A stretch of 64,000 nt of DNA from Magallana gigas (lineage: Eukaryota), in the NCBI RefSeq assembly GCF_963853765.1, contig NC_088855.1:46004001-46068000 (forward strand), in the 5' to 3' direction. Made by a program: the position numbers and the translations under genes. Positions 1 through 13,600 of this stretch are shown here, piece after piece. Below the pieces are notes generated by a model that saw only the letters and a list, made by a program, of their open reading frames with translations, made no database searches and was not told where the DNA came from. Each line of letters starts with the position of its first letter. The first letter of the stretch is position 1.

Positions 1-2692
1 ACTAAGCAGTGACATCATTAGGCTAGGAATTACCCACATGGATCAAACACTACTGTAACATATGAATAAGATAAAATACTTTATCATTTCTAGTTCTAGA
101 ATGTCAGGGTGTCTCCAAGGGGGCATAATCTATATACAATTTTACGCGCAATGACACAAAGAGCAAGAATAATTATATGGTTTAGGGATGAGGATCTCAG
201 AACTCAAAAGTTAACAAAATATACAGTGTATCATCATTTCCTATTTCATAAAGGTGGGGGGGGGGGTTAAAGACAACACCTGGGGGTCATTAATGTATTT
301 ACACCATTTGATGCATCATAATGACATTAGAAGATATTTTGTATTTTCCTGTTTCGTGGGGTCAGAACAGTCCCATAAGGTCATGACCTACATTGTATTT
401 GATGCATTATAATACATTAAGAAAGAAATACTCCTTCCTTCCTATTAATAATATAAAATGATAAGTGTCTACACTTACTTACATGAAATTGTTTATACAG
501 GGTCAATATGGGGTCAACTCAATAGTGCAAGTCTGACAAAAGAAAAAAAATAACTTTTGCAACTAAAATGACAGAAACTTTACAAATGCGATAGGATAGG
601 TAACGATGATGAGCTTATTTAAATATTAAAAGATGATGATACGGGAGATCACATGTAGAAAGTGAAAGTAGAACTTATGTACGCTGGCATCTCATTATAT
701 TGTGCTACTGCTACTACATTATTACAACATTGTATTATGCTTACCTAAATTGGTCAACATCATAATGATAATCCAATTAAAACACAACAATGAATTCCTT
801 TAACTGCTCTTAACTAAACCTTTTCTGCATATGGAAAACACAGACATGTATGCCCATCTAATCGAAGAGCTGGGTAAAACTAGTACCCACTAATGAGACC
901 TGCAGACCTGTGTTGTGTACGTAACTTCAGACAAAGATCAGTTATTTGTAACATGCATGTATTTTTTATGACCTATTCTTCAAATCCACTTGCACTATTT
1001 TATTAGGTAAATAACAGCTTTAAGGTGGTGCAGGACACCTGCATATTGTGATGCATACTTCCTATTGAGAAAAACAATAAAGTATATATTAAATATTAAT
1101 TAAATATTTACCCCCCCCCAAATAATGTTACCTAACATTGAAGCGCAATGGGTTAGAGCGTTTACATGTCTGTAAGAGCATGGGGTCCACCGTGTATATT
1201 TGGTAATTTTGCAATTGATATAAATGAATTTTCATGGGGGGAGGAAGGGGGAGGGGGGTCTGGACCCCTCACTCCCACCCCTTCTCTAAATCTGTGCATA
1301 CGATGATGTACATGTAGGCACGCAGAAGCAAATCTAAAACCGGCAATCGCCACGGGGAGGGGGCATAATTTTTCATTTTGTATGTAATAATTATATAGAC
1401 CATTATACTTTCTATGACAGGAAATGTTACGATTATTGATTAACTGAAAATTCACTGCAAACAGTTCAACCCCAAATTGCACATAAAGTGCTGCTCATGT
1501 GTATTATCATATGGGAAGGGATCTCATCCTTCAGTTATGAAAATTATAATTTTTAAATGTATTACCGGAGCTTGCATGTGACCTTCATTTTTAATTAAAC
1601 TGGTACAAAACAGTGTTATTTAGGGGCAAACACTTGGTGCGGGTATTTCTGTCTAATGACAGCATCTAGTTTATCGTTGTATTTACTCGTCTATAAATTT
1701 ATATCACTGGCTGACACGCGATTGGAAAAATCTTTAAAATAGTGCCTACATAAAATCGATTCAAGATAAAGTATCACGAAATTTTGATCATTGACCTTAT
1801 ATAATGTTAATGTCAACATAATACAGACAACAAATATAGTTTTAGGCAATCAATGGTTTGGAGCTCCTTAAGTCAGTTTTTTGTAAAACTCGATCAAAAA
1901 TGGGTGCAATTTTGGATTTTGATAGAGGAAATTCGGACTAAATTAAACGTAAAATATGAGCTAAAAACAATTCAGTCAAATATAAAATTAGTAAAGCTAT
2001 TCGTATTTTATCAGTTCCCAATCTACAAATTGTTTTATTATTTCTAATATCAACAAAGAAAGAAAACATTGAAAATGGTGGACAATTTTGACAATTTTTT
2101 TTCAAAAACATTCAGAGGTCACTAGCAGAAAAAGTAGGTCATTGACCTAGTTATTTGAAAGTGAAAACAGCACCAGAATAGTGGGGCTACAATGTGCAAT
2201 AAGTAGTTTTTCGTTCCTATTAGTGGATTTTTTTTCGCCCCTGAGCAAACGTAATCCTTAAAGAGCTAGAGGTATTCACACCGGTATTTGTTTTCACTAT
2301 AAAACAGGATAAAGTCGGGGAGGGGGGGGGGGGGAGTTGTATTTCTCATGACAAAATATTCGGAGGAAATGTTATTTGTGACCTATCTCATCAGCCAACA
2401 GTAACACCCAAAAGGGCACATGATACGGCATTTTCTAAAAATATCTAGCTCCAAACAGGCCACCCTCAAAACCACGCGTTTACCGTTTGTATCGAAAAAG
2501 ACTGTAAACTCCTCCAGAAAGCTACTGCATGTGCCCCGAAAGACTACCCTGTGAAAAAAGATCATCATTTAACAAAATACATTTAAAATAGATCTAACGT
2601 GAAATATTATTTTACGTTACATTTTTTCCTCAAAATCATGAATTTAAAAATAAAAAGTTTATGAATTAAAATTGATAGCATTTTTATTACAG

Positions 2693-3511
2693 GTGACAGG
2701 GTCCAACAAAGGAATAGGTTATGCCATTGTCAGAGGCCTATGTAAACAATTTAAAGGCGATGTCTTCCTAACAGCAAGAAACGAAGAGCTCGGCAAAAAG
2801 GCCATTCAGAGCTTAAATGAAGAGGGTTTTTCTCCAAAGTTCCATCAACTTGATATCACCGACCAAGCAAGCATTGAAAGATTAAGAGACTTTTTGAAGA
2901 ACACTTACGGTGGTTTAGACATTCTGGTAAACAATGCTGGAATAGCTTACAAGAATGCATCTCCTGCCCCATTTGCAGAGCAAGCTGAGGTAACAAACAA
3001 AACCAACTACTTTGGAACCATCGCAGTATGCGACGCACTTTTCCCCTTGTTGAGACCACATGCAAGAGTAGTCCATTTGTCAAGCATGTCTAGCAGTTTT
3101 GCCATTAGAAAATGTAGTCCAGAAGTTCAAGCCAAATTCCTGAATCCAAATATCACGATCGAAGAGTTGACAGCCTTGATGAACGATTTCATTCAAGCAG
3201 CGAAAAATGGCGAGCATGAGAAGAAAGGTTACCCCAGCAGTGCTTATGGCATGTCTAAAGTTGGGATGAGTGTCCTCACGCATATCCAACAACGCCAGCT
3301 TTCTGCTGATTCTAGAGAAGACATCATTGTCAACGCTTGCTGTCCAGGGTATGTAGATACGGATATGACATCCCACAAGGGTCCGAAAACCGTCGACGAG
3401 GGGGCAGATACACCCATTTATCTGGCTCTCCTACCCGAAGGCACTAAGAGTCCTGCTGGAGAGTTTGTCGCTGATCGCAAAGTTTATAAGTTCAATGAAT
3501 ATAAAATGTGA
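2693..3511 (+). CDS. CBR1: Carbonyl reductase [NADPH] 1-like SDR, subtype A copy 1 (main coding exon; the 7-codon first exon is not found in the window)
   Basis: Acceptor ttattacag at 2692, then VTGSNKGIG (Rossmann TGxxxGIG), LVNNAG, catalytic S (LSSMSS), YGMSK (YxxxK), CCPGYV, GADTPIYLALLP, TGA at 3511. The ORF-track TTG start at 2672 is intronic. Confidence 0.9.
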   Translation: MTGSNKGIGYAIVRGLCKQFKGDVFLTARNEELGKKAIQSLNEEGFSPKFHQLDITDQASIERLRDFLKNTYGGLDILVNNAGIAYKNASPAPFAEQAEVTNKTNYFGTIAVCDALFPLLRPHARVVHLSSMSSSFAIRKCSPEVQAKFLNPNITIEELTALMNDFIQAAKNGEHEKKGYPSSAYGMSKVGMSVLTHIQQRQLSADSREDIIVNACCPGYVDTDMTSHKGPKTVDEGADTPIYLALLPEGTKSPAGEFVADRKVYKFNEYKM

Positions 3512-5585
3512 ATGATACATGTATGTAACATAAATAGTGTATTCGAACCCATGTTTACATGCCAAATCTAGAACATTTGTTGATTTTCGTGATATGGGCA
3601 TCTCATTAGATTTCCCACGTTATAATAGATTCATCAACGTTAACGTATTCGATGAATATATCAATATGCTCTTTACACTAATATAATAAGAAATAGTTAC
3701 TGCATTTTGCTGCATAATCTTTGTAATTTGTGTGTATCTTCGTAATTTACATTAAAATTTCTGTAACGCACTATATAATATATGTTTTTTTCTGTCTATG
3801 CTGCTCAACATCAGTCTTATTATGAATTATAAAATGTTAAGTTGGATATGACAGCGGATTTGTTGATGCTATCCATTTTTAATAAGGGAATTTTGTTTAC
3901 TGCTTTTAAGGTGGTATGAGACATCTCCATACTGTGGCGTACTTCCTATTAAAATAATCAAATATGTTTATTTGTTTCACATAGTTGTTACCTAACAGCC
4001 AAGCGCAATGTGTTAGACCGTTAACTATAAATCTATAGGTCATGTGTTTGAATTCCGCTAATGCTTTTATTAGCCTTATCATCCCAATAATTTAAAAAAA
4101 AAATATGATTTTGTAAACTGTTGCAAAATTTGAAAGTATTTTGAATGTAATGCACTTTTATCCACAGCAATATCGATACGTATGATGTTTTACTGTAAAA
4201 CAAAAATCTATGTGCCCATATTGCGAGAGAAATAATTGTGCTTATTAAATTTAACCCCCCCCCCCCCCCCTCAAGAAAAATTATCAACACTTGAAGTCTA
4301 CAACGGGTAACTATATAATTCGTAGGTTCATGTCCTATTTTGGCAATGAAGTGTATTCCAAATCAATCTATAATTATACCCAGATTTTTATTTGAATCAT
4401 TTTAATGGTCTTGGAATATCAAAAATATAATAAAGAAACTACACATTTCATTTATAGATTAACCAAAAATGAAAATAAATTAATGAATTTAAATGATGCG
4501 TAAGGATAATTTTAAAAATGTATTTGTTTTACCAAAGTGTGACAGTAAAATAGATTGCAAGTAATTTAAATATGTAAAATTACTCAAAACTTGAATATTA
4601 ATGAATGAGTTCATCTCCGTTGGTCACAAATAAACGAAATTAACAATAAGTAGATCTTATGATGGAATAGGGGTGATTCCAAAGAATAATAGAGATATGA
4701 TTCAAAATAAAGTATTTGACCTTCCAGAAATACCAATCGCTTTTGGCTTATAAGATTGTTTATTTCTATTAAAAAATATGTATCATTTTAATATTTAAGC
4801 ATCATTATATAGACTATAATGAACCTGTCATTTTCATACTGATATTAAAATGCGTATTAATTTTGATAAAATTTGTATATCAAGTAAATATCTTTTTTAT
4901 ATTTTGATCATAATTGCCAGATTTATTTTTTGAATTAAAATGTTGTTAGTAAGATGTGTATGTCAATGTTTTATAACACATTAGCACATTTTTAAGTCAG
5001 CAGAAAACAAGCAAAACTGGCTACAGCGATATAGAGTGTGATTTGCAAAAGGAAATTATATCCTTGAGGATCCAGGATTTAGCGAAGGAAATCCTACTAT
5101 AGAGCCAGTTTTCCATATGGTGGTTTAGAAAGTTAATATCAAAAGATTGATCGACATGACGCATAAATTTCTCTAATTGCATATTTAAATATGTATATAA
5201 ATTCACGTCTTTCTAAACATACACACTTTATAAAGAGTTATGTGCAGCTAGGTCTAGAGCATTTTTTCAGGGGGGTCCGATAGCTATTTAGTTTGCCGGG
5301 GGAGGGTAAGGGCATATTTTTATTGAAATGTAATAATGTGAATTAAAGAAGGTTGAATTTTGCAGGGAAGGGGGGGGGTCTGGACTTTCTGATCCGAGCA
5401 TGAGATTAATAACATCACGATTTACTTCACCCACATGTGATCATGTCTGTGTTGTTTTCTTTCTTTTTACCTAGGATTTACAAGTTAAAGGTAATGATTA
5501 AATTGTCCCACAAAACGACCCGTTTGGATTGTGTTTACTTTGGTCACATTTTAGAACAGACACGTGAATACCCGAATCTTTAATC

Positions 5586-7183
5586 ATGTCGAAGAAGGTG
5601 GCAGTGGTAAGGGTTTTTCTTTCTTAATTTTACTTATTATTTAATTGTCATTTGTAAACGTACATAAAGAAATGCTAAATTATGTCACTTTGCACACTTA
5701 TAATTATTATTTATAGCAATAAAGTAATGCTAAAAGTGAACAGGTGAAGCAATCGATAAGCCCGTATTTAGCGTAACTTTGCTGATAATCATTTAGGTAA
5801 GCAAATCAATTCAGACAGTGAAAAAGGGATTTTTGCTGTAAATTCTTGAAATGAAATATTTGATTCTCTGAAGTACTTTATATCAAATGTATGTTCTTGT
5901 TCTTAATTAATTTATAAATGTTTTAATTTTCTTGTACCTTGAATCAAATACGATTTTTCTTTCGAAAGGCTACTTATGTAAATTACAAGTATGGAGGACT
6001 GTAACGGTTAATCTTCGAATGTTTCCATCGCTAGCATGCAATACCTAATGAATATTAAAAACCGTAAAAACTATTCGAAGTTCATTTTAATTTTGTTTAG
6101 CCTCTACGTTTTTCATTTTATTTTCATCTGCAAATGTTTTGCTACCAGACACGAACTATGGTACACTAGTAACCATGCATACGCACTTTCATTACCATGA
6201 ACCTTAAGGTTGTCCTTCGCAATGTTCTATCATCATGGAAAACATGCATGGTTTTAAACGATTTTTATCAATTAATTTTTCCAATGAGATTCAACTAATT
6301 TAAAAAGTTTTAAATTGATATCATCATTTTTATTTTGAATCTTGATTTATTGGTGCATGTCTGAACTTTATAGGTAACTGGATCTAATAAGGGGATAGGG
6401 TACGCCATAGTTCGAGGTCTGTGCAAGCAGTTTGAGGGAGATGTCTACCTTACTGCAAGGAAGGAGGAGTTGGGCCAGGAGGCCACCAAGAGCTTAAACT
6501 CGGAGGGACTGTATCCAAAGTTCCATCAACTTGACATCACGGACCAAGCCAGCATTGATCGTCTGAGAGATTTCCTCAAGAATACATACGGCGGTTTGGA
6601 CATCCTGGTCAACAATGCCGGAATTGCTTACAAGCAAGACTCTACGGCTCCATTTGCGGAACAGGCAGAAGTGACAATTAGGACAAATTATCAAGGTACA
6701 CTTGATCTCTGCAATGCTCTGTTTCCGTTACTGAGACCGCATGCGCGGGTTGTAAACGTTTCAAGCATGGCAAGTACCTTTGCAATTAAGAAATGTAGCA
6801 AACAGGTTCAAGCAAAGTTTTTAAACTACAAAATTACAGTCGACGACCTAACAAATTTAATGCACGACTTCATACAAGCAGCAAAAAAAGGTAACCACGA
6901 AAACAAAGGGTATCCTAGCAGCGCTTACGGCATGTCAAAGGTCGGCGTGTCAGTTTTGACAGAAATTCAGCATCGCCAACTTTCGACAGACTCGCGAGAA
7001 GACATCTTAGTCAATGCTTGCTGTCCTGGTTACGTCGATACGGATATGTCGTCACACAAAGGGCATAAAACCATTGACCAAGGCGCAGACACACCCATTT
7101 ACTTGGCTCTTCTCCCACCAGGAACCAAAAGTCCAGCGGGGAATTTTTTATCGGAAAGGAAGATTAAGAAATGGAACGAATAA
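5586..7183 (+). CDS. CBR1: Carbonyl reductase [NADPH] 1-like SDR, subtype B copy 1 (276 aa)
   Basis: Exon 5586-5606 (MSKKVAV, donor gtaagg) plus exon 6374-7183 (acceptor tttatag; VTGSNKGIG...VSSMAS...YGMSK...CCPGYV...KWNE*), joined in frame. Confidence 0.92.
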
Positions 7184-9074
7184 TCAGTACACTTCATCTT
7201 TGTTTCGTACCTTCATTTCATATAATTAAGATATGTAAATTAACTTATTTCTGTTATGAACTCTATGAACTTGTAAGAGTATAGATACCAAATTATTTGT
7301 AAAATAAACTATTTCCTAACAGGTTTTTTTTCACTTTCGGTATTATTGTTTTCCTTAGCTTTACAGCTATTCCGTGGATTTTAATTTGTATGTTTTGTAA
7401 TACCAATTAATCATAAATGTGATCTCAACCTACATTATTTCCGATTATAAATCGATAATATGTATGGATATACATCTGAGACCTTAATTTTATGTGATAT
7501 TGAACTTTACAGGGAAAAAAGAACTTACCCTTCAACTTTTATCCCAAATTTTGGTTTGTCATATATCATAATTACTTAAAATTTAAAAAGTTACAAATGC
7601 ACTGGATAGGTTGCAAAAGATGAAAAATTGAAAAGTTTTCTCAATAGCCAAAAATAACATTAAAAATTATAAAATCTGTGAAAATATGCATTTTTTAAAA
7701 TGGACATTATTAACTTTTAATCGATTAAAAAGTATGTAAAGATAACACTTAACATTTATTAGAATATGTTAATCTTACATGTTTTTCAATAATACGTAAA
7801 ATTGTCTCGAATCGTTAATAATATATCATCCGAGACATAACAAAAATTTAACAATGAGGGTGATTTACGGTAGTGTAGAAGGAAAATAATACATTAATAA
7901 AAATATTAATCTCATTCTCAATAACAATGGAATACGACAGAATTTACATACTACAAACATAGATAACGCCGAGCGCGACGAACATTTTTTGAGTAGTAAG
8001 GAATACATAACAAACACCAATTCTCAGAATACATAAAATTCAAAACCAAGGCCACCAATAAACTGGCAGTTCATACAGTATGAATAAGTACTTTAAATAT
8101 CTCTCGAAAAATTGGTTTTAGGGGTTATATGATAAAACTCATTATTTAATCTACCCCACCTCCTCAAAAAAAAATTGTTGTCAAATCTATTTGACATGCA
8201 AAACTTGGGATGGGGCAAAGACAAATCACTTTTCTTCAAATATACATGGACTAGACGTGAGCGGTGGAAATATGGAGGTGTAGTGAGAGGCCGATTTCTG
8301 TTTACTTTATACTTATTAATGTTCCTTGTAATTATTAACTCTGAGTAACTATTGAACATCACCCTCTTTTAAACAATTAATGCATGACACAAAATGCACT
8401 TAAACTAACACAAAAACATGATATTTGCAAATCACAGTCAACATGCTAACATACGGAGAAGTCAATGATATCAAGAACATGCTTTATATTCTCTAATCAT
8501 ATTGATAGATGTTTTATAACAATCAATATTCATAGTTGAAGTAAAATATTAAATTGCTGGTCATTCATGCGTCTTAACAAAGAAAACAAGCTTAATAAAA
8601 GACAATTTAAGAATATTCTATCAATTATATTATCGCTATGACACTAATGTTGTATTATCATTTCATTGATATGGATTTCTCAAAAACTGATTGTAAAATA
8701 TTCTGTACAATAAAGATGCATAAAAAATGTATAAACTCATAAAGTGAGACGTAAAAATTAACAATATACTACAACATAACAAATAAAATCTCATTATAAA
8801 CATGATCGTTTTATTCAAAATAAATAGTGATAAATAAAATTTTAAGCATTTTGAATCTGTCTCCAAAATTAAGTACAATCATAATCATATAAAGTGTCTA
8901 AATTTCTAACAACAATTAGAATGAAGTTTTCTTATAAAAATTATCAGTTATCTTAATATTTCGTTTAAAAGAAAATAAAGCCAAATCTAAAATTTTTGCT
9001 TTTGAAGTTTCTTATAATGAAACTTCTTTTCAAATCGAACTTTTTACAACATTGTATGTTAAATTAAACCTACA

Positions 9075-9555
9075 GTTTAGTTGCTTGCTTCATCTAGTCG
9101 GTGTCTGTGGTAACGACTCAAATTTCCTCAGTGATTTGGGGACCATTCTTGGTGTTGAGATAATCGGTTATTTGATATTAATTTATTACATGTATACTCC
9201 TTAATAAAAAGTAACTTTAAAATATTCCATGTATTTAAAAAATGGAGAAAATTGGAATTTAACAGTAAGTATGTTTAAGATTATATGTATTTCTGATTTG
9301 CATTTGATCCTCCTTTACCCTGATATTTCCAAAAACTGATCCTGCCTTACCTTGAATTTCCTACATTTGATCCTGCCATATCGTGATTTGCTTTCATTTA
9401 GTCTTGACTTACCCTTATTTTGGCAATATTTTATCCTGCCTTACCTTAGGTTCCAACCGGTTGCCATGTTCATTTGTCTCATTTCCAGTTTGTGTTGCTG
9501 CTCCAACTCAGCTTTCTAGAGTTTATGATCTTGTTTGGTCTTCTCCATTTCATGA
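9075..9555 (-). pseudogene. Decayed copy of the last two coding exons of the MVP-like gene
   Basis: 9075-9175 matches 45935-46025 (YLNTKNGPQITEEI..VVTTDTD) with its 5' half deleted. 9444-9555 matches exon 46625-46762 with a 1-nt deletion. No upstream exons. Confidence 0.8.
9293..9447. repeat. 31-bp minisatellite, about 5 degenerate units
   Basis: Units resembling ctacatctgatcctgccttaccctgatttgc; paralogous to the arrays at 35717-36180 and 46288-46635. Confidence 0.75.
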
Positions 9556-9665
9556 TAAACAATATACATGCATGTACTACGTCATGAAAGAAAACAATTA
9601 TTTTCTCAAAATCACAAATTAGATAAAAAGTTTATGAATTAAAAATCATAACATTTTTATTACAG

Positions 9666-9729
9666 ATGACAGGGTCCAAAAAGGAACAGGCTATGCCATC
9701 GTCAAAAACAACTACTTTGGAACCATCGC
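9666..9729 (+). pseudogene. CBR subtype A remnant with large internal deletions
   Basis: After acceptor ttattacag: atgacagggtccaa..gccatcgtca joined directly to aaaacaactactttggaaccatcgc (about 267 bp missing relative to 2693-3511), then a jump to 3' flank sequence. Confidence 0.8.
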
Positions 9730-10660
9730 TTAAACGTCATATATTTGTTGATTTTCCTAATATGGGAGTGCATCACATTAGATTCCCCACGTTATAATTG
9801 ATTCATTAACGTTAACGTATACTTATGATGTGAAGATGAATATATCAATATGCTCTTTACACTAAAATAATAGGAAATAGTCACTGCATTTTGCTGTATA
9901 ATCTTTGTAAATTAAAACATTAAAATATCTCTGAAGCACTATATCTGCTTTTCTGTACATGATCCTCAACATCAATCTTATTATGAATAAAATGTTATAT
10001 TAGATATCTTTAAATAGCGGATTTGTTGATACTTTCCAATTTTGATAAGGGTATTTTGTTTACTGCTCTTAAGGTGATATGAAACTTTTCCATTGTGTTG
10101 CGTACTTCCTATCGAAATAATCAATTAAATCAAGTTTATTTGAAGTAAACGACAGCTGTATAATATTGAAGTGGATGAAAGAAATGAAGCTGCGGGAACA
10201 GCGAAGTCATGTTTACAACATTCAAATCAATGTATTAAATGAAGAGACCACCCAAATACAACGAAAACAAAGTTTATTCAGGTAAGAATTATATGCATGA
10301 TTGATAACGCAAAAAGCTCTACTATTACTATAGCTAACAAATTATGCCAGAATACTTTGTGACCCTTTAACTTGAGTAATATTTAGTTTTCTATAACCTG
10401 ACAAATATTTGAAATTTTTCTTAAAAGAAATCAGATCAATAATTGTTTTGGATCATTATTACTTTTTTATGAAAGTTTTATTTTATAAGAATAATTTTTG
10501 TAGTTTGAGTTAAATTACATAATACACAAATTAAAAATATTCTTAATGTCGATATCTTGCCACAGCTTGGTGGGAAAAAAACCTGAACTTAAAAATTTCC
10601 CCTTGAAATGGTTTTGAATGAAATTACATTTTTAAGGCTTGCAATTAGTTAATGTTGTAG

Positions 10661-13600
10661 GTAGGAGAAGCAAATAATACCCAGTTCACATCGATCGGAT
10701 CCTGGATTTTGTATGACAAAGAAAACAGAAGATTAAGATCTACTGCAGTGTCGTGGAATAAAGCGTTTCACTACAAGTGCCGATCACACGTGGCTTTTGA
10801 ACAACTCACTTCACCATTTATATCCGACATACAAATTGTGGGGAACCTACCCCTGCATTACTCTTCTTATACCCCAGAAGGCTGTGGAGAAATTAGGAAT
10901 AACTATGTTCTGTTCAGCGAGGCCATAGTCTTTGCTGTGGACTCCATGAACAATTTGACAGATATTCTACCATCTGTGAAACTAGGGTATGATATCATTG
11001 ATACGTGTTCCGTACCGAGCAGGTTCATTCATCAAATGGACGTATTGTATTCACTTGGGCTAAGAGATGCTAGTGTAAAGAGGAAATATTACATAGGCGG
11101 CGTTGGATTTCCATTTAGTTCAGGAGTTGAAAGTCTAGCACATTACAGTTATTCAAAGAAAATACCTACCATTAGCATCAGTGCGACTAGTTCAACATTT
11201 TCTGATAAAAATTCATACCCATATTTTATGCGTATGGTCCCATCTAATAAGGATGGAACCTTAGCTATCATTAGTGTTTTGGAACATCTGAAGATTCATA
11301 GCATAGGAAATGTTTACTGCAACGATGCTTTTGGCTCTGATCTCACAAAAAGTGTCTTTACCTTTGCAAATGTAAAAGGAATAACTGTTAACTATATGCT
11401 GAGAATTGAAGATAGCTATGTTGAAAATCCTGAAATTCTAAATTATTTAGTGGATATGTTTATAGTAAAAAATAATAAATATGTTCAAGCAGTGTTATCA
11501 CTTACACAGAGCCACGTATAAAACCAATTTTACAACGGCTTAATGATATTGAAATCAACAACATATTTTGGATTGGATGTGATACCTGGGTAGCAGGGAT
11601 AGAAAAGACATTTCTAAAGAAAAACGTTGATGTTGTTTCTAATGCTATTCTCATTGCTTTTGAAACAAATCAGTCAGAAAAGTTTTTGAAATACATGAGA
11701 GACAAGGCTAACTTAACGGAACAAAACCCATTCATCAAGAAACTCATAGAAAAGGAAAACAACTGTACCTTTGACAGAAGTCAACAAGCAAAAAGAGAGT
11801 GCAAAGATGTTGTAGATTTCAAAAATTTGTACAAGAACGTAAACCCTCACGGCGAAACTCATATAATTGATGCAGTAATTTCACTCGCTCATGGAATCGA
11901 TACACTCATACGAAACCACTGTCCACTGATGGATTATTGTACGGAAGCTAATCTACACATAGAGGAGTTGGCGGAAATTGTTCAGAAGAAACGAATTACG
12001 GGAATTGACGGCGAGAAAATATACTACGATAGCAAAGGAGACGGCAAAACTATTTTTTCATTAGGCAGATAGATCCAACTTCTCCATCTTTTCATCGACA
12101 GGTTTGATATCATTTGGTTAAAATGAATTTGAATGTTATATTTAATCTTATAATTTGCAATTTCTTTCCTTGTATTAGTACGAAGGGTTTTTTAATGTGC
12201 GTCTTCCTTTTTGCAGATAGGCATGTATCTGGAAAGCAAAATTTTGATAGATAATAGCACACTGAAAGTGCCTAAATCAATTCAAGATAAAAGTTTAACT
12301 CCATGCACCGGTCGTGACTGTTATTCAGTTCCGACAAACCTAATAGAAATGCCCTACACCTTTATGGATGGTGATGTCATGATCTATGCTTTCATAGAAC
12401 TATATGAATTCAATGGAGTATGCACAGACAATCTCATTTTGAAGCATTTTGAGGTGGCTACTTCAATTTTATGGAGTATTTCAAACATTAATAGAAAGCA
12501 GCTCAAAGGTTTCCCGAAAATTGGACTAGGGCTATTTGCCGCATGCGGACATGATACCTCCTTAGCAAAAAGTGTTTTTAAACAGACATTTGTTGTTCCA
12601 ACAATTCCATCAACCCATTACACGAAACCTATAATTGGAGTGGTTGGAGCAATAACAAACCCTGTAGCATCGTCAATCTATGACGCCAGAAAGTCATCGT
12701 CCATTGACTTTCCGATGGTAAGTATTTTCTCATGGATACAAGTAGTGGCAATTATTGAATATTAACTAACTAGACAAGGCTAAGGAATATTACACAAGTT
12801 TAATGTTTTTATTTTATTTTAAGATTATTTCAGCGTCGACAGAGAGATTCAACAATAGGGAAGGCCATCCGCGTGTTTTCAGAACCGTAATGTCTTCGAC
12901 ATTCGACGTATATCTTTCCTAACAATTAGCCAAAAAACTTGGCTGGAAATATTTCCATGCCTTATTTGGCAGTCGCGACCAAGAACTATTGGATCTTATG
13001 AAAAAAGAAGCATCAACTTTAAACATGTGCTTGGCAACTAATCGTGAGATTATTATGGACGACCTTGAAAATGAACTTAAAACCGCTGTTGATGAAATGT
13101 TGCAATATGATGGTGCAACAGTTGTTATGGTTTTCATTCCAACAGTTGCTATTGAGATGTTGCTGAAAATTGCTTCAGAGAAGAACACCGCCGGAAAATT
13201 GGTTTTCATTATTCCTAAACACGTAGAAAACATTCAAACAATCGTTTCAAAATACAAGAACCCTTCTTTAGGTAGAACATTCATGTACTATAATTTTTTT
13301 TGGCTTATTATTAACGGTGATATAATTGACTCAGTTATGACTGAGATTCTGATATCAAATAATAATTTAATTCTGGTTGTAACGCGGAATTTGATTGTAT
13401 AGAAAATTTTAGTTAAATTTGTATAACCTGGTTTGCACGTCACAAGACACGTCACAATGCACCAACGTCAAAAACGTAATAATCCGCTTGACGTTGCGTT
13501 TAAATTTTGAACAAATTAATATCATTTTTAAAAGTAAAAAGGACTCAATTTGTACGGTAAATTACAGAAAATTAAATCATAAGGAACGAACTCAAAATCT

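Larger units (their letters stand above)
2259..10140 (+). repeat. Segmental duplicate (unit 1) of 28607-~36975: CBR-A, CBR-B, MVP-like 3' fragment, deleted CBR-A
   Basis: Collinear coding and non-coding similarity from ttaaagagcta(g/a)aggtat(t)cacaccgg (2259 vs 28607) to gaaataatcaattaaatcaagt (about 10135 vs 36970). Confidence 0.85.

Noticed and set aside
1162-1482. 106-aa ORF with a proline run
   Set aside because: Derived from poly-G/C tracts of a dispersed MITE-like repeat, also seen near 5240-5400, 31580-31760 and 42085-42147.
2856-3376. Minus-strand ORFs over CBR exons (also 6494-6694, 29189-29625, 43394-43594) and alternate-frame ORFs (7014-7229, 33358-33573)
   Set aside because: Shadows of the CBR coding sequence; they recur only because the gene is duplicated.
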